Source: Candidatus Poribacteria bacterium
GTDB lineage: Bacteria > Poribacteria > WGA-4E > WGA-3G
Length of the DNA: 64,000 bases
NCBI GenBank assembly: GCA_965205025.1
Contig: CBDBFU010000015.1
Coordinates: 413,501 to 477,500 of the forward strand
Direction of reading: 5' to 3'
Numbering within the stretch: the first letter of the stretch is position 1; the number at the start of each line of letters is the position of its first letter. Of this stretch, positions 21,920-32,400 are shown one piece after another. The notes beneath the pieces are model-generated. The model was not told the DNA's origin. It made no database searches and saw only the letters and a program-made list of their open reading frames with translations. A program made the position numbers and the translations under genes.

Positions 21920-22040
21920 AACGTGAGTTTGATAATAGGTATATAAACTTTATTTTACAAGAATATGATAACCATATACCCGGTAGGTGCTGTTTCTAAC
22001 TGCACCGAATTACAAAATCATGATTTTTCAAACTCACGTT
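21920..22040. mobile_element. MITE with AACGTGAGTTTGA terminal inverted repeats carrying a GTAG-type REP
   Basis: 13-bp perfect TIR; internal cggtaggtgctgtttctaactgcaccg. Confidence 0.8.
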
Positions 22041-22054
22041 CCTTTATAAAATGT

Positions 22055-22100
22055 GTAGATTGTCCTTAGGAGTGAAACTCACACAATCTACAAAGCGAGT
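22055..22100 (-). ncRNA. Candidate pseudoknot motif C
   Basis: ACUCGC/GUGAGU crossed with GUAGAUUGU/ACAAUCUAC. Confidence 0.6.
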
Positions 22101-22114
22101 TCGGTATATTTTAA

Positions 22115-22672
22115 TTACATTGTAAATTTATAGACAAGTTCACTTTCAGGGGCATCTTTGAGTTGCAAAATAATGGTTCCTGCATCCTGCAGGTAGCGTT
22201 TTTGATACAGGTTCTTGATCAACGTAAGATTGAAGTGATAATCTTCAGTTGGATAAGCCTCACAGGTGTCACCGTTAGCGTTGTGTGCAATATAAATGGG
22301 TAGTTGTACGGGATCTGATTCATGAAACAAATCAGAAGCAACTAAAGTAAATTGGTGATCTTCACATCCACCGCTGTATGATAAGTTCACCTTCAGTATA
22401 TCACCTTCTATCGTGGCAGTATTCAAATCGAATTCATCTGCACCAAACCGATTACCTGCATCACCAATGAAAACATCACCAATATAAGTAATGTCGACTG
22501 GTGGAATGTCATCAACGGAAACGGAAATGAGACGACCATCATGGTCTGTGTTCCTCTGACATCCAATCACAAATAGAATGAATACATACAGATATATAAC
22601 TTTAATGTTGATTAGGTTTATGTGTTTTCCGACACCTAAAGGCGTGGGATTTTTAGCTCTTATATTAGACAT
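22115..22672 (-). CDS. Lipoprotein with NigD-like C-terminal domain
   Basis: RBS GGAG before ATG 22672; VIGC lipobox; YSGGCEDHQFTLV...HNANGDTCEA. Confidence 0.65.
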   Translation of the reverse strand: MSNIRAKNPTPLGVGKHINLINIKVIYLYVFILFVIGCQRNTDHDGRLISVSVDDIPPVDITYIGDVFIGDAGNRFGADEFDLNTATIEGDILKVNLSYSGGCEDHQFTLVASDLFHESDPVQLPIYIAHNANGDTCEAYPTEDYHFNLTLIKNLYQKRYLQDAGTIILQLKDAPESELVYKFTM

Positions 22673-22687
22673 ATTGACATACTCCCT

Positions 22688-22880
22688 TAGTGGATAGTCC
22701 ACGCTAATTTTATGAGTAGTTCTCTTCTGTAGGAGCGACCTCCTGGTCGCGACACGATTTAATGATACATATAGTGGATAGTCCACGCTAATTTTATGAG
22801 TAGTTCTCTTCTGTAGGAGCGACCTCCTGGTCGCGACACGATTTATTGATACATATAATTTTAGGATGGACTCTCCACTA
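22688..22880. mobile_element. MITE (TAGTGGATAGTCCA/TGGACTCTCCACTA) with internal 84-bp tandem duplication and GTAG REP
   Basis: Units at 22688-22771 and 22772-22855; REP gtaggagcgacctcctggtcgc. Confidence 0.8.
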
Positions 22881-22971
22881 GTTGCCCATCTGTCGTGTAA
22901 CCGAATATCAGTTTCCCGACACCACGATGGTAATAATCTTTCGCATTATCAAGCCTCAGTTTGGTAGCGTC

Positions 22972-25671
22972 TTATTTCATTATTAACATCTTTCGCGTTG
23001 CAGAAAATTCGTCTGCCGTAAGCGTATAGAAATAAACACCGCTTGCCACCTTTTCACCGACTGCGTTTTTCCCATCCCAATACGCAGCACGATTCCGGCT
23101 ATTATAAAAGCCTGCGGATTGAAAACCGAGCGAAAGTGTGCGAATTAACTGACCCGTTGTATCATAAATAGAGACAGATACTGGACTCTCTTCTGTGAGT
23201 TGATAAGGTATCCACGTCTCCGGGTTAAACGGGTTTGGGAAGTTTTGTAGCAACTGATTATGGTTCGGTTTACCAATACTATCAAACTTGACAGACAATA
23301 GTGCGTTAGCGAGATGCTCAGGGTTCACTTTGAAAGTACGGGTTTGTGACTCAATATTGCCATCCGGACCGATGACACGTAATTCAATCACATCTCCAAC
23401 CTTGACAACGCTACGACGTGCTAAGTCGGCTGTTGCAGCAGCAAAATAATCACCTTGCACCGAGGCGGTTATCGTGCTGTTTGTTCTCAGGTTGCGGACG
23501 ATGACGTTGTAGCCGTCAAACGTTGTTTTCCCCTGCAATTGCCCACTTACCACGAATGCCCAGGCTTCTTGGACAACCCCCCTGTCCCTCCTTGTCAAGG
23601 GGGTAATGGCAGATGGTGCTGCAGCCGCCTCCGTTTGATTTGTCCACCGTGATCCGACAAAGGCAAAATTGCGCACTTGTGGAACATTGACAATATAGCC
23701 TTGTCCACCCTCAATGGGGAATCCATCGTTGGGTGCATCTGGTGTCCAGGCGACGAACTTTTGGTTTACCGCATCAAGTGCTATGACAATTGTTGCTCCC
23801 GCTATTCCAGCAAGTGATTTTGCAGTCATCGGTTTCGGCGGTGCTAAAGGTAAAGAAAGCATGTTTAAACCTTTGGTCAGCGTGACGGAGTAGGCATTGC
23901 TGAAGGCATCACTCTCTTCCTTGGTACCGATTCTGGCAATAAACCCATGTCTGCGTCCATCAGGGGAGTCATAGTGTCCAACGACAGAAGCGTCCTGATT
24001 GATATTGTAGCCTTCCGTTCTAACGCTGCCAGGAACTTTCAATTCATGAAGCCCTCCAAGGAATGTACCGACATAAGTGCGGGTAACCTCGCCGACAACT
24101 TTGCCTCGGGAAACGGAAATCTTTGTATCGGTGAAACCGTGCACAAAAAAGAATTCATAAGTTTCTTGGGTTGGAGGGGTGAAAGATACATACCTGCCAT
24201 CCGGCGCGCGTAGGTATGGCGTATATGTACCTTCGTCATCTACGTAGCTACCAAACATACCCCCTAACGCGTTGATAAAATCGGCATAAGTTTCCACTGC
24301 CCCCGGATACTCAACGATGATGTCCCCTGTGAATCCGCGACGCACACCCGAAGTATCTGTCCAATTACCTGTCAGATTCCCCGTCGCATCACTGATACCC
24401 CATATCTCCGTTTCAACGGATCCCGGAAAATCGTATGGGTGTAACTCACCATCTTGTAGGATGATACCGCGGTGGCGCCCCTCGCTATCCTCGTAGTGTC
24501 CGGCAGCACGTCCATCATTACCGAGGGCATAGAAATAGGTGTTCTGTGAACCCGGAAAATCATAAGTCATAAAAACGCCATCAATCAGCGTAAAGGCGAC
24601 CATTTTTCCACCATCGGCACTTTTCGTGTAACCCGCATAATCTTCAAAGTCAGAACTCGCTGTCAAGGCTAAAAAATCTACGCCCGGAACATCAATACTC
24701 TCGTAAGTATAGTTGAAACCACTGATTTGGAAAACAGGTTGATTAACGACTTTAATGGGTTTGGCGATAAACCCGTGTCTACGTCCATCAGGGGTGTCAT
24801 AGAACCCGACAACAGAACCATCCTGATTGATATTATAACCTTGTGTGCTAACACTGTCCGGAACCTTCAATTCTCGTAGACCGTCAGTAAATGTACCAAG
24901 ATAAGTGCGAATGACATCACCGAACACTTTACCTCGAGCGATCCTTACTAATGCATCGTTAACACCATGAACATAAAAGAATTCAAGATTTTCTGCATTT
25001 GTGAGTTCGAAAGTTACATACCTGCCATCCGAGGAATATGCATATTCTTGAAACACCCCGTTAGCATCTATGTAGCTGGCAAACAAATTACCATCCGAGT
25101 TGACAAAATCGGCGAATGTTGCTATTGCCCCGGGGAACTCAAGGATTGTGTCTCCTGTAAAGCCACGCCGAACACCCGCAGCATCTATCCAATTCCCTGT
25201 CAATACTCCCGTTGCGTCAGAAATACCGTAAATCTCTGTTTGCACAGCATTGGGGAAATCGTATTGACGTAACTCGCTATCTTCCAAGATAATACCATGG
25301 TGCAAACCCTCGCTATCTTCGTAGTAGCCCGCAGCGCGACCATCATTACCGAGTGCATAGAAATAAGTATTCTGTGCGTCTGGGAAATCGTAGGTCGTAA
25401 AAACACCATCAATGAGTGTAAAGGCGACATCTTTTTCACCATTGGCACTTTTCGTGTAGCCGGCGTAGTCCTCAAAATCGCTACTCGCTGTCAGTGCTAA
25501 GAAGTCTACACCCGGAACATCTATCGTCTCAAAAGTATAGTTGTCATCAGCTACTGCAGCATCGTCTTGTGCAGCAGTATTCATGAGGAAAAAGGTATTG
25601 AAACTCATAAACAACGTTAACATGTAAAGAAAAAAATTGGTTTTAGTCTGTATAAACATATAGTTTTTCAT
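22972..25671 (-). CDS. Secreted protein, two beta-propeller-like units + FlgD-Ig/T9SS-like tail
   Basis: Intact paralog of 1626-6969. Confidence 0.9.
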   Translation of the reverse strand: MKNYMFIQTKTNFFLYMLTLFMSFNTFFLMNTAAQDDAAVADDNYTFETIDVPGVDFLALTASSDFEDYAGYTKSANGEKDVAFTLIDGVFTTYDFPDAQNTYFYALGNDGRAAGYYEDSEGLHHGIILEDSELRQYDFPNAVQTEIYGISDATGVLTGNWIDAAGVRRGFTGDTILEFPGAIATFADFVNSDGNLFASYIDANGVFQEYAYSSDGRYVTFELTNAENLEFFYVHGVNDALVRIARGKVFGDVIRTYLGTFTDGLRELKVPDSVSTQGYNINQDGSVVGFYDTPDGRRHGFIAKPIKVVNQPVFQISGFNYTYESIDVPGVDFLALTASSDFEDYAGYTKSADGGKMVAFTLIDGVFMTYDFPGSQNTYFYALGNDGRAAGHYEDSEGRHRGIILQDGELHPYDFPGSVETEIWGISDATGNLTGNWTDTSGVRRGFTGDIIVEYPGAVETYADFINALGGMFGSYVDDEGTYTPYLRAPDGRYVSFTPPTQETYEFFFVHGFTDTKISVSRGKVVGEVTRTYVGTFLGGLHELKVPGSVRTEGYNINQDASVVGHYDSPDGRRHGFIARIGTKEESDAFSNAYSVTLTKGLNMLSLPLAPPKPMTAKSLAGIAGATIVIALDAVNQKFVAWTPDAPNDGFPIEGGQGYIVNVPQVRNFAFVGSRWTNQTEAAAAPSAITPLTRRDRGVVQEAWAFVVSGQLQGKTTFDGYNVIVRNLRTNSTITASVQGDYFAAATADLARRSVVKVGDVIELRVIGPDGNIESQTRTFKVNPEHLANALLSVKFDSIGKPNHNQLLQNFPNPFNPETWIPYQLTEESPVSVSIYDTTGQLIRTLSLGFQSAGFYNSRNRAAYWDGKNAVGEKVASGVYFYTLTADEFSATRKMLIMK

Positions 25672-25690
25672 TTTATCTCCTTTGTAAATA

Positions 25691-25734
25691 TGTAGATTGT
25701 TTTAGGAGAGACTCGCACAATCTACAAAACGAGT
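25691..25734 (-). ncRNA. Candidate pseudoknot motif C directly upstream of RBS
   Basis: ACUCG/CGAGU crossed with GUAGAUUGU/ACAAUCUAC; CUCCU in loop. Confidence 0.6.
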
Positions 25735-25760
25735 AAGGAGAAAGTCAAATGTATATTGAA

Positions 25761-25950
25761 CAGGACTTACGCATTTCATCTTAAAGTCCCCCTGATAAGG
25801 GGCGGGGAATGCCCTAAGGCATTCATACCCGGGGAATGCTAAATAGCATTCATACCGTTGATTCCTTGATTCTTTAGGGGGTTAAAACACCGAAATGACG
25901 GATTTTTAAGTCAAATTTTACCTTTTTTTGCTTAAGTTGCGTAAGTCCTG
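25761..25950. mobile_element. MITE with CAGGACTTACGCA TIRs and TTGAA flanking duplication, containing nested hairpin repeats
   Basis: Perfect 13-bp TIR; ttgaa on both sides. Confidence 0.85.
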
Positions 25951-26028
25951 TTGAATTTCAAGTGTGGATATTTAAAAACGCCTCCACGGGGCGAGACCTT
26001 AAGTCCTTTCTTAAATATCCTCTGATTC

Positions 26029-27822
26029 CTATTTCATTATCAACATCTTTCGCGTTGCAGAAAAGTCACCTGCGGTGAGTGTATAAAAATACAAACCGCT
26101 TGCCACAGTTTCACCCAACGCATTTTTCCCATCCCAATATGCCGCACGGTCTCTGCTTTGATAGAGGCCCGCAGACTGATTGCCTATCGCAAGTGTCCGA
26201 ACCAAATTCCCATCTGCAGCGTAGATGGATAATGTAACATCCGCAGATGTCGCCAACTGATACGGTATCCATGTTTCCGGATTGAATGGATTCGGGTAGT
26301 TTGCGAGTAAGACACTCTTTTTTGGCACAACGTTTGATGAGATCAGGGGTGCTGCGGCATTGACTTTGTAAAGATAGAGTCTATCTCTACGCCAATTGAA
26401 GCTAAAATAGTAAGTAGGGACATCTTCGTTCTGCCCTTGAAATCGCAAAGCAGCATCAAGGTTATATGAGCGATAGGTGACGGCATTATCACCTGCAATC
26501 CAATCAAATCGGATTTTTGGAAACCCTTGAGCAAGACTTTCTTCATCTGACCTATGAGTATAGACATACCCAGTTTCAAGCGAATACTTCTGCCAAGAAT
26601 CGTTCTGTGTCCACCTCATTTGATAATGTACACGCACCCCTGTCGTGTTTCTAATTTTTACTGTCCACCTCTGGCGTAAAGTGTCAAGTAATGCCTTTAT
26701 GTTTTGGGTCGTTGCGGCCCCAGAGGAAGTTTCATCCGATCCCGCACTCAGGACACCGATAAGCACACCTTGACCGTTGAGGACGGGACCGCCACTATTG
26801 CCTTCATGCGTATCACCTTCCATTACTAAACACCCTACTAACTCACCTTCTTCGACTGGACAACTTGCTTGTGGCCCAAGGAAGGTTCCCTGTGTATAGT
26901 TCCACAACCGGTCCCCTGGATTTCCCAAGATATGAATCTTATCACCTCGTTTCATGCTATCTTCAACGTTCCGGCTAAAGTCGTGCTGAATCTCGCGGGC
27001 TGTCGACGGCAGCCGATCCAGTTGGAGAATTGCAAGGTCGTTTTCCACATTTTGTGCAATGACCTGTGCTTCTTCGGTAGCATACTTATTGGCTACAAGC
27101 CATTCCATATTGTCCAGGTAGAAATCCTCATCCTTCCGCAATCTTCCTTGATCTCTGTAAGGAAAAAACACAGAGATCCGCTCAGCATTCTCTATAACAT
27201 GCTGGTTGGTAACAATAAGCTTGCGATCCTTGTCAATCAAAAACCCACTTCCTTTACCAATCCAATTGCCCTTACCTGTACGTATCCACACAACAGAATG
27301 AATCGCTTGATCATAGATTTCCTGTGCTGGCAGATCAGCGGGCCCAACCGGATCACAGTCGGTACGTTTCGTAATGATATGTATACCGTCGTCCGTGTTG
27401 AATTCGTAGAGTGTAGCTGTATCTAAAGACGCTTGATTGTGATCACTATCCAAGTATTCCCCTGTTTCCGTCTCCACAACCGTAAATTTCCTTGTCGGAT
27501 GCAGCCAAAAAAAATAACTATCTCGCGTTTCATGGTCAAGTGGTTTAATTTCGTTACCATTAGGATCTTCTACACGAATATACACAAAATCATTATCAAC
27601 TGGGACCGATAGATTTATAAAACCGCCAGGTTCAATCTCATACCAACCTTCTGTCCGATAGCCTGCGGGTAAATCATCGCTTGCCTCTCTCCATGTGGAA
27701 TATATGACCCAGGCATCCTCTGTCGCGCTGCCATTAGCAACAAGGAAGTCCGCGGCTGCTAATTGTGTTAGAAGAAGTGTTGTTGTTAGAAAAATAAATA
27801 TGTAAAATATTTTCTTATACAT
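26029..27822 (-). CDS. Secreted trypsin-like serine protease (DUF1036-like N-term, FlgD-Ig tail)
   Basis: TNQHV, NDLAIL, GNSGGPV triad motifs; NYPNPFNPETW. Confidence 0.9.
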   Translation of the reverse strand: MYKKIFYIFIFLTTTLLLTQLAAADFLVANGSATEDAWVIYSTWREASDDLPAGYRTEGWYEIEPGGFINLSVPVDNDFVYIRVEDPNGNEIKPLDHETRDSYFFWLHPTRKFTVVETETGEYLDSDHNQASLDTATLYEFNTDDGIHIITKRTDCDPVGPADLPAQEIYDQAIHSVVWIRTGKGNWIGKGSGFLIDKDRKLIVTNQHVIENAERISVFFPYRDQGRLRKDEDFYLDNMEWLVANKYATEEAQVIAQNVENDLAILQLDRLPSTAREIQHDFSRNVEDSMKRGDKIHILGNPGDRLWNYTQGTFLGPQASCPVEEGELVGCLVMEGDTHEGNSGGPVLNGQGVLIGVLSAGSDETSSGAATTQNIKALLDTLRQRWTVKIRNTTGVRVHYQMRWTQNDSWQKYSLETGYVYTHRSDEESLAQGFPKIRFDWIAGDNAVTYRSYNLDAALRFQGQNEDVPTYYFSFNWRRDRLYLYKVNAAAPLISSNVVPKKSVLLANYPNPFNPETWIPYQLATSADVTLSIYAADGNLVRTLAIGNQSAGLYQSRDRAAYWDGKNALGETVASGLYFYTLTAGDFSATRKMLIMK

Positions 27823-27894
27823 TGATGATAAATAACTCCTTTATGGTATGATGAAAATTAAATTGTTGTCGCTAAGAGCCTCATTTATATAGGA

Positions 27895-28563
27895 TTACGA
27901 TAAAAATACCGCAATAAATGTTACATCAAGACTTACTCTAAATAGCCAAATAATGAGTGCTACGCAAAATGCCTTACCTTTGCTGACTTCTGCAAAAATA
28001 TGGATACCGATTGTCAACACAAAAACATACCACACAGCCACGAGGTTTATGTAGGAGAGGAACACTAGAACATGTTGATTTTGCAGGAATCCTCCTAATA
28101 TATGCAACCCTGGAATAACTCTCGTATCTATTCCGGATTGAATGTCCTCAATATCTCTAAAAATTGGAAGCAGACCCACATTCACGAAAAATGTCATTGT
28201 ACGAAGCAGCATGATATGCACAAAGGCTGCGTAGATATGTTTAAATTTTACTGCACTTGCTATCTTGCACAATCTGACTAAGACTGTGAGTACAATACTC
28301 AACAAAATCGTCATCAAGAAACTGTAACTCATTGAAAATACCGTAGTAGATACAACAGAAGGCGGTTTCTTAAGTGGTAATGTATTCGCGGAGCGAGCTG
28401 CGAGAAGCTGCTGCGTATATGGCACGAGTGCCCACGCTAAAATGACAGAAATTAAACAATAAAGTATAAAAACAACTACCCACTTCGGCTCGGATTTTAG
28501 CCGAGTAAACGCTGCCTTCGGGTTCATGATGATGTCAGTGAGGTTTTGTAGGCTTTCTTTCAT
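27895..28563 (-). CDS. Yip1-family membrane protein
   Basis: IMNPKAAF..LK..P.W start, multiple TM helices. Confidence 0.8.
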   Translation of the reverse strand: MKESLQNLTDIIMNPKAAFTRLKSEPKWVVVFILYCLISVILAWALVPYTQQLLAARSANTLPLKKPPSVVSTTVFSMSYSFLMTILLSIVLTVLVRLCKIASAVKFKHIYAAFVHIMLLRTMTFFVNVGLLPIFRDIEDIQSGIDTRVIPGLHILGGFLQNQHVLVFLSYINLVAVWYVFVLTIGIHIFAEVSKGKAFCVALIIWLFRVSLDVTFIAVFLS

Positions 28564-28584
28564 TAGTCTTCGTTATAAGGGCAG

Positions 28585-29100
28585 CTACAATTCAAAGATA
28601 GAAAAGATTGGTAAATTCCCGACCTTTTCTCGTCCGTTGAGTTCCGTGAGTTCTATTAACAAGGCAATGCCTACAATGTCTCCGTCCAGCTTCTCAACAA
28701 GTTCAACCGTTGCCGCAAGTGTGCCGCCAGTTGCCAAGAGATCATCACATAACAGCACCCGACTCCCCTTTGGAAATGCGTCTTGATGAATAGTCAGACT
28801 ATCAGTGCCATACTCAAGTTCATAGGTCACTTGATATGTGTCGTAGGGTAATTTCCCTCTTTTACGTACCGGTGCAAAACCTGCCCCCATACGATATGCA
28901 AGTGCAGACGCAAAAATAAACCCTCTGGCTTCGGGGCCCACAATTATGTCAACTCCCGCATCTTTGTAATGATTCGCGTAGACCTCAATTACAGCGTTGA
29001 AGACAGGGGCATTCCCTAAAAGGGGTGTAATGTCTTTAAATGCAATACCCGGCTTCGGAAAATCAGGTATCGTACGGATAAACTTCGTTAGATCGTTCAT
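28585..29100 (-). CDS. apt: Adenine phosphoribosyltransferase
   Basis: IPDFPKPGIAFKDITPL, EARGF, LEYG, DDLLATGGT. Confidence 0.97.
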   Translation of the reverse strand: MNDLTKFIRTIPDFPKPGIAFKDITPLLGNAPVFNAVIEVYANHYKDAGVDIIVGPEARGFIFASALAYRMGAGFAPVRKRGKLPYDTYQVTYELEYGTDSLTIHQDAFPKGSRVLLCDDLLATGGTLAATVELVEKLDGDIVGIALLIELTELNGREKVGNLPIFSIFEL

Positions 29101-29160
29101 AAAATCGTAAAACCTCTTGGTATTTATGGTAGCGTTTAAAATACTTGAAAATAGACATAA

Positions 29161-29342
29161 TACCATTTCTATTTAAATAGTTCACATTACGATCACTCTT
29201 AGTAGTCCCCCTGATAAGGGGCGGGGAATGCCCTAAGGCATTCATACCCGGGGAATGCTAAATAGCATTCATACCGTTGATTCCTTGATTCTTTAGGGGG
29301 TTTCTTCAATTTGTAATGAGTAATCATCATTTAGAAATGGTA
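29161..29342. mobile_element. MITE with TACCATTTCTA TIRs carrying the same core as 25761-25950
   Basis: taccatttcta / tagaaatggta; identical gtccccctgataagggg...tttagggggtt core. Confidence 0.75.
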
Positions 29343-29440
29343 TAACTATTGATATTTTACTATTCCGCGATACGCGGATAACCTTGTTTCTCAAATAGGT
29401 CCCTGTGTGCCACGGTTAAGAGGACTTGTATTGTTGTATC

Positions 29441-32400
29441 CTATTCCCGTCCCTTCTTGAAAGATGCCCATTGCGTTGTCATTTTCCCTTTAGCAGAAAT
29501 CAAACCGCGCAAGCGCGTTGTCGTAAGCGTTTGATGCACACCAGCATAAGACACATCTTCAATTTTATAGTAGTAAACAGTATTCGCCTTCGCGGTGTTA
29601 TCCATCCACGTATATTCAGTGCGTTCTCCCGTTGTGCCAGCGCCTTGTATCAGCTCGGTATTAACTCGCTGAAACTTGCCTGCCTTTGTTTGACTTCGGT
29701 AGATGTAGAACCCCGCATTGTCTACTTCTGATTCAGTTGTCCAGTTGATGACAACACCGTCAGCTGTATGCTCCGCTGTGAAACTGGATAGCGTCACAGG
29801 AAGTGGCGTACCCTTGCGATACCCAGGATTACCCACATCCGTGGCATCCCCGTAATAGGTGATGATTTTCGGTGGAACGTCTGCTGTAGACACCCACGCT
29901 TTGACATGCCTACCATCTAAAGGCAGCCGTTTTTTGTATAACCGTCGCAGAGATGCACGTGCACCATCGCTTGTTTCGCCGGGTGGTAATGTCCATGCAG
30001 GCGTGTCTTTGGTGTACGGGTAGCCGTCTAAGTTGCCGATAGTATCCACGACGTTGCCGGTAGCATCTGTGAGTTGGATCAGAAACCCGTCACTGCTGAG
30101 CAGGCGGAACCGATTTGGCATGGGTGAAAAAGTCTTCGGGTGCCGCTGAAACAGGTTGTAGGTGCGGTTAGCAGGTAAATGCTTCGAATGCACACCGCGT
30201 GCAGTTATGAGCAGCGCTGTCTGGTTCGGTAGCACATCAAACGCCTCAAACGTCATAACAATCTGCTGATGTTTGCCCTCTTGCAGCGTCTCAACAACAA
30301 GCTGATAGTCTTTGAGTTTCACAGAATCGGTAAAGGATGGATTATAGAGTTCAATCCACTGAGGCAAGGTTCGGGATCGGGTTTTTGTCTCAAACATTAT
30401 CTCACTGATACTCAAGGCAACCGTCGGACTTGTGCCGGGAACGATCTGGTGCAAAAATAACGGGGTAGCAATATCTGTCGGGTGTCCGTAATATGCGTTT
30501 ATGCCAATGGCGACCGATACGGCAGACATCCATCCCGAAGCCTTTGTGCCTTTCAACACATCGCCATCTTCAAAATTGCGGAGCAGTGAAAAACGGTGTC
30601 CTTGTGGTGTCATACTATCGGGTAGCGTCCATGTCGGCAGATCGTCCGTGTGTTCGTCGCCATCAAGGTTACCGACGCGGTCAACGACGCGACCAGTAGG
30701 ATGTATCAGTTTTAAAGAAAAACCCTCTGTGCCGAAGATTTTATTTTTGAGTTGTCGACTGAACACACCTGGCTGTGTCGAAGAGAGATGAAAAATCCGC
30801 TCGGTTGGCAGCGCATCCGAACTTTCACCCGACCGCCCAGTCCCCAAAAGCACCGTCTGTTTCGGCGGCAGCGAGAACGACTTGAGCACCAGACGAGCGT
30901 GTCGGTGTGTTCCGTCTGTCCGGGTTTCGATATCTAACTGATAGTCTTTCAAATTTATAGGTGTTTGAGAAGCGTTATACAACTCAATCCATTCAGAGGA
31001 TGCCCCCGAGAAATCATACATGAGTTCGCTGATTCGGACTTCATCAGGTAAAGTCGGAGTGAGAACACGGAGCGCACCATAGCCAGGCGTGCCCGGGCCG
31101 CTTGTGTTAGGGTCGTATCCGAGACCCGACTGTGATTCGCTCACTGTCCATGCCGCAGCAAGGTAGCCGGGTAACCGAACATCGCTGCGCTGCCAAGTGC
31201 CTTCCTCAGTCAGAGGGGCTACCGGGGCGAGGGGACGACGGGTATTAGCGAGAGGCCAGACCTCTGTGCTGCCATAGCCACGCAAATAATTGCCAGCAAC
31301 ATCCTCAATGGATGCTGGGGTGCCGTTTTTATCCCGGGCATGCCGTAAAATCAACAGATACGGTGTACCCGGTAGTTTCAAATCAGGGGCAACGAGATAC
31401 GGATGCTGTGCACCCTTCTGACGCGCACCTGTCGCTATATTCAACCCACTTGCAAGACGCGTTTCGCTCGGATCCGTATTCGTAATCAATAACACACCAC
31501 CACTCGGCAACCTATAGTCAGGGAACGATACAATGTCCACATCTTGATCCGCTGCGTCCCCTCTGTTCGCAACAATGCTGATCTCCCAATCCTTAAGCCG
31601 AATTTCCGCAGCATAAAGGTTTTTGAGTTCAATCCAATCGTTTGAATCCTCCCCAACGTTGTTGATCTCGTTGAAGATAAAGCAATGGGTTGCAAGTGGA
31701 ATAGGGGGCACAGTGACGGGTGGTGTGTCTACAGGTGGCACATCCCCTGGCGGGTAAATCGACGGCTCATCAGGTGGATCTACGGGTGGTTCGGGTTCTA
31801 CAGGTGGCTCTACAGGCGGGTCCACAGGTGGCTCAACGGGCGGTTCTACAGGCGGTTCCACAGGTGGCTCAACGGGCGGTTCTTCGGGTGGCTCTACAGG
31901 CGGTTCTACGGGTTCGTCAACATCTGTCACGGTGACGATCAATGTCTGGGTCGCTGTCAATTCGCGATCCCCGACACCACTCGTTGCCGTGAGGATTAAT
32001 GTATAGACGTTGCTATTCGCTGCACTCCCCGGCATCTCAAAGTCAGGGGCAACCTTGAAACGCAACATATCCGCCGGGGTGCTCGCACCACCGATCTCAA
32101 ATAACGCAGCATCTGCACCACCCGTAATCGCATACCCGGTAATCTCATCCTCCGCATCGGGGTCTTCCGCAATAATCGTGACAACCGCTGTTGTGTTCTC
32201 TGCAACATTCACTGCCGAGGCACTCCTGAAAACCGGCGGATGATTCACGGGTGCTGGCGGTTCAGGTGGTGGTTCCGGTGGGCGTGGTCCCGGGGGCGTT
32301 CGCGATAGGGTGCTGGCTGTCAGCACATTGCTCCCAGGTTCAATCTGACTCTCGCCTCGCAAGGCAAACAACTGGAAGTCATACGAGGTCCCCGGTTCAA

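Noticed and set aside
22673-22786. N-terminal extension of ORF 22115-22786
   Set aside because: Lies in a MITE; better RBS and start at 22672
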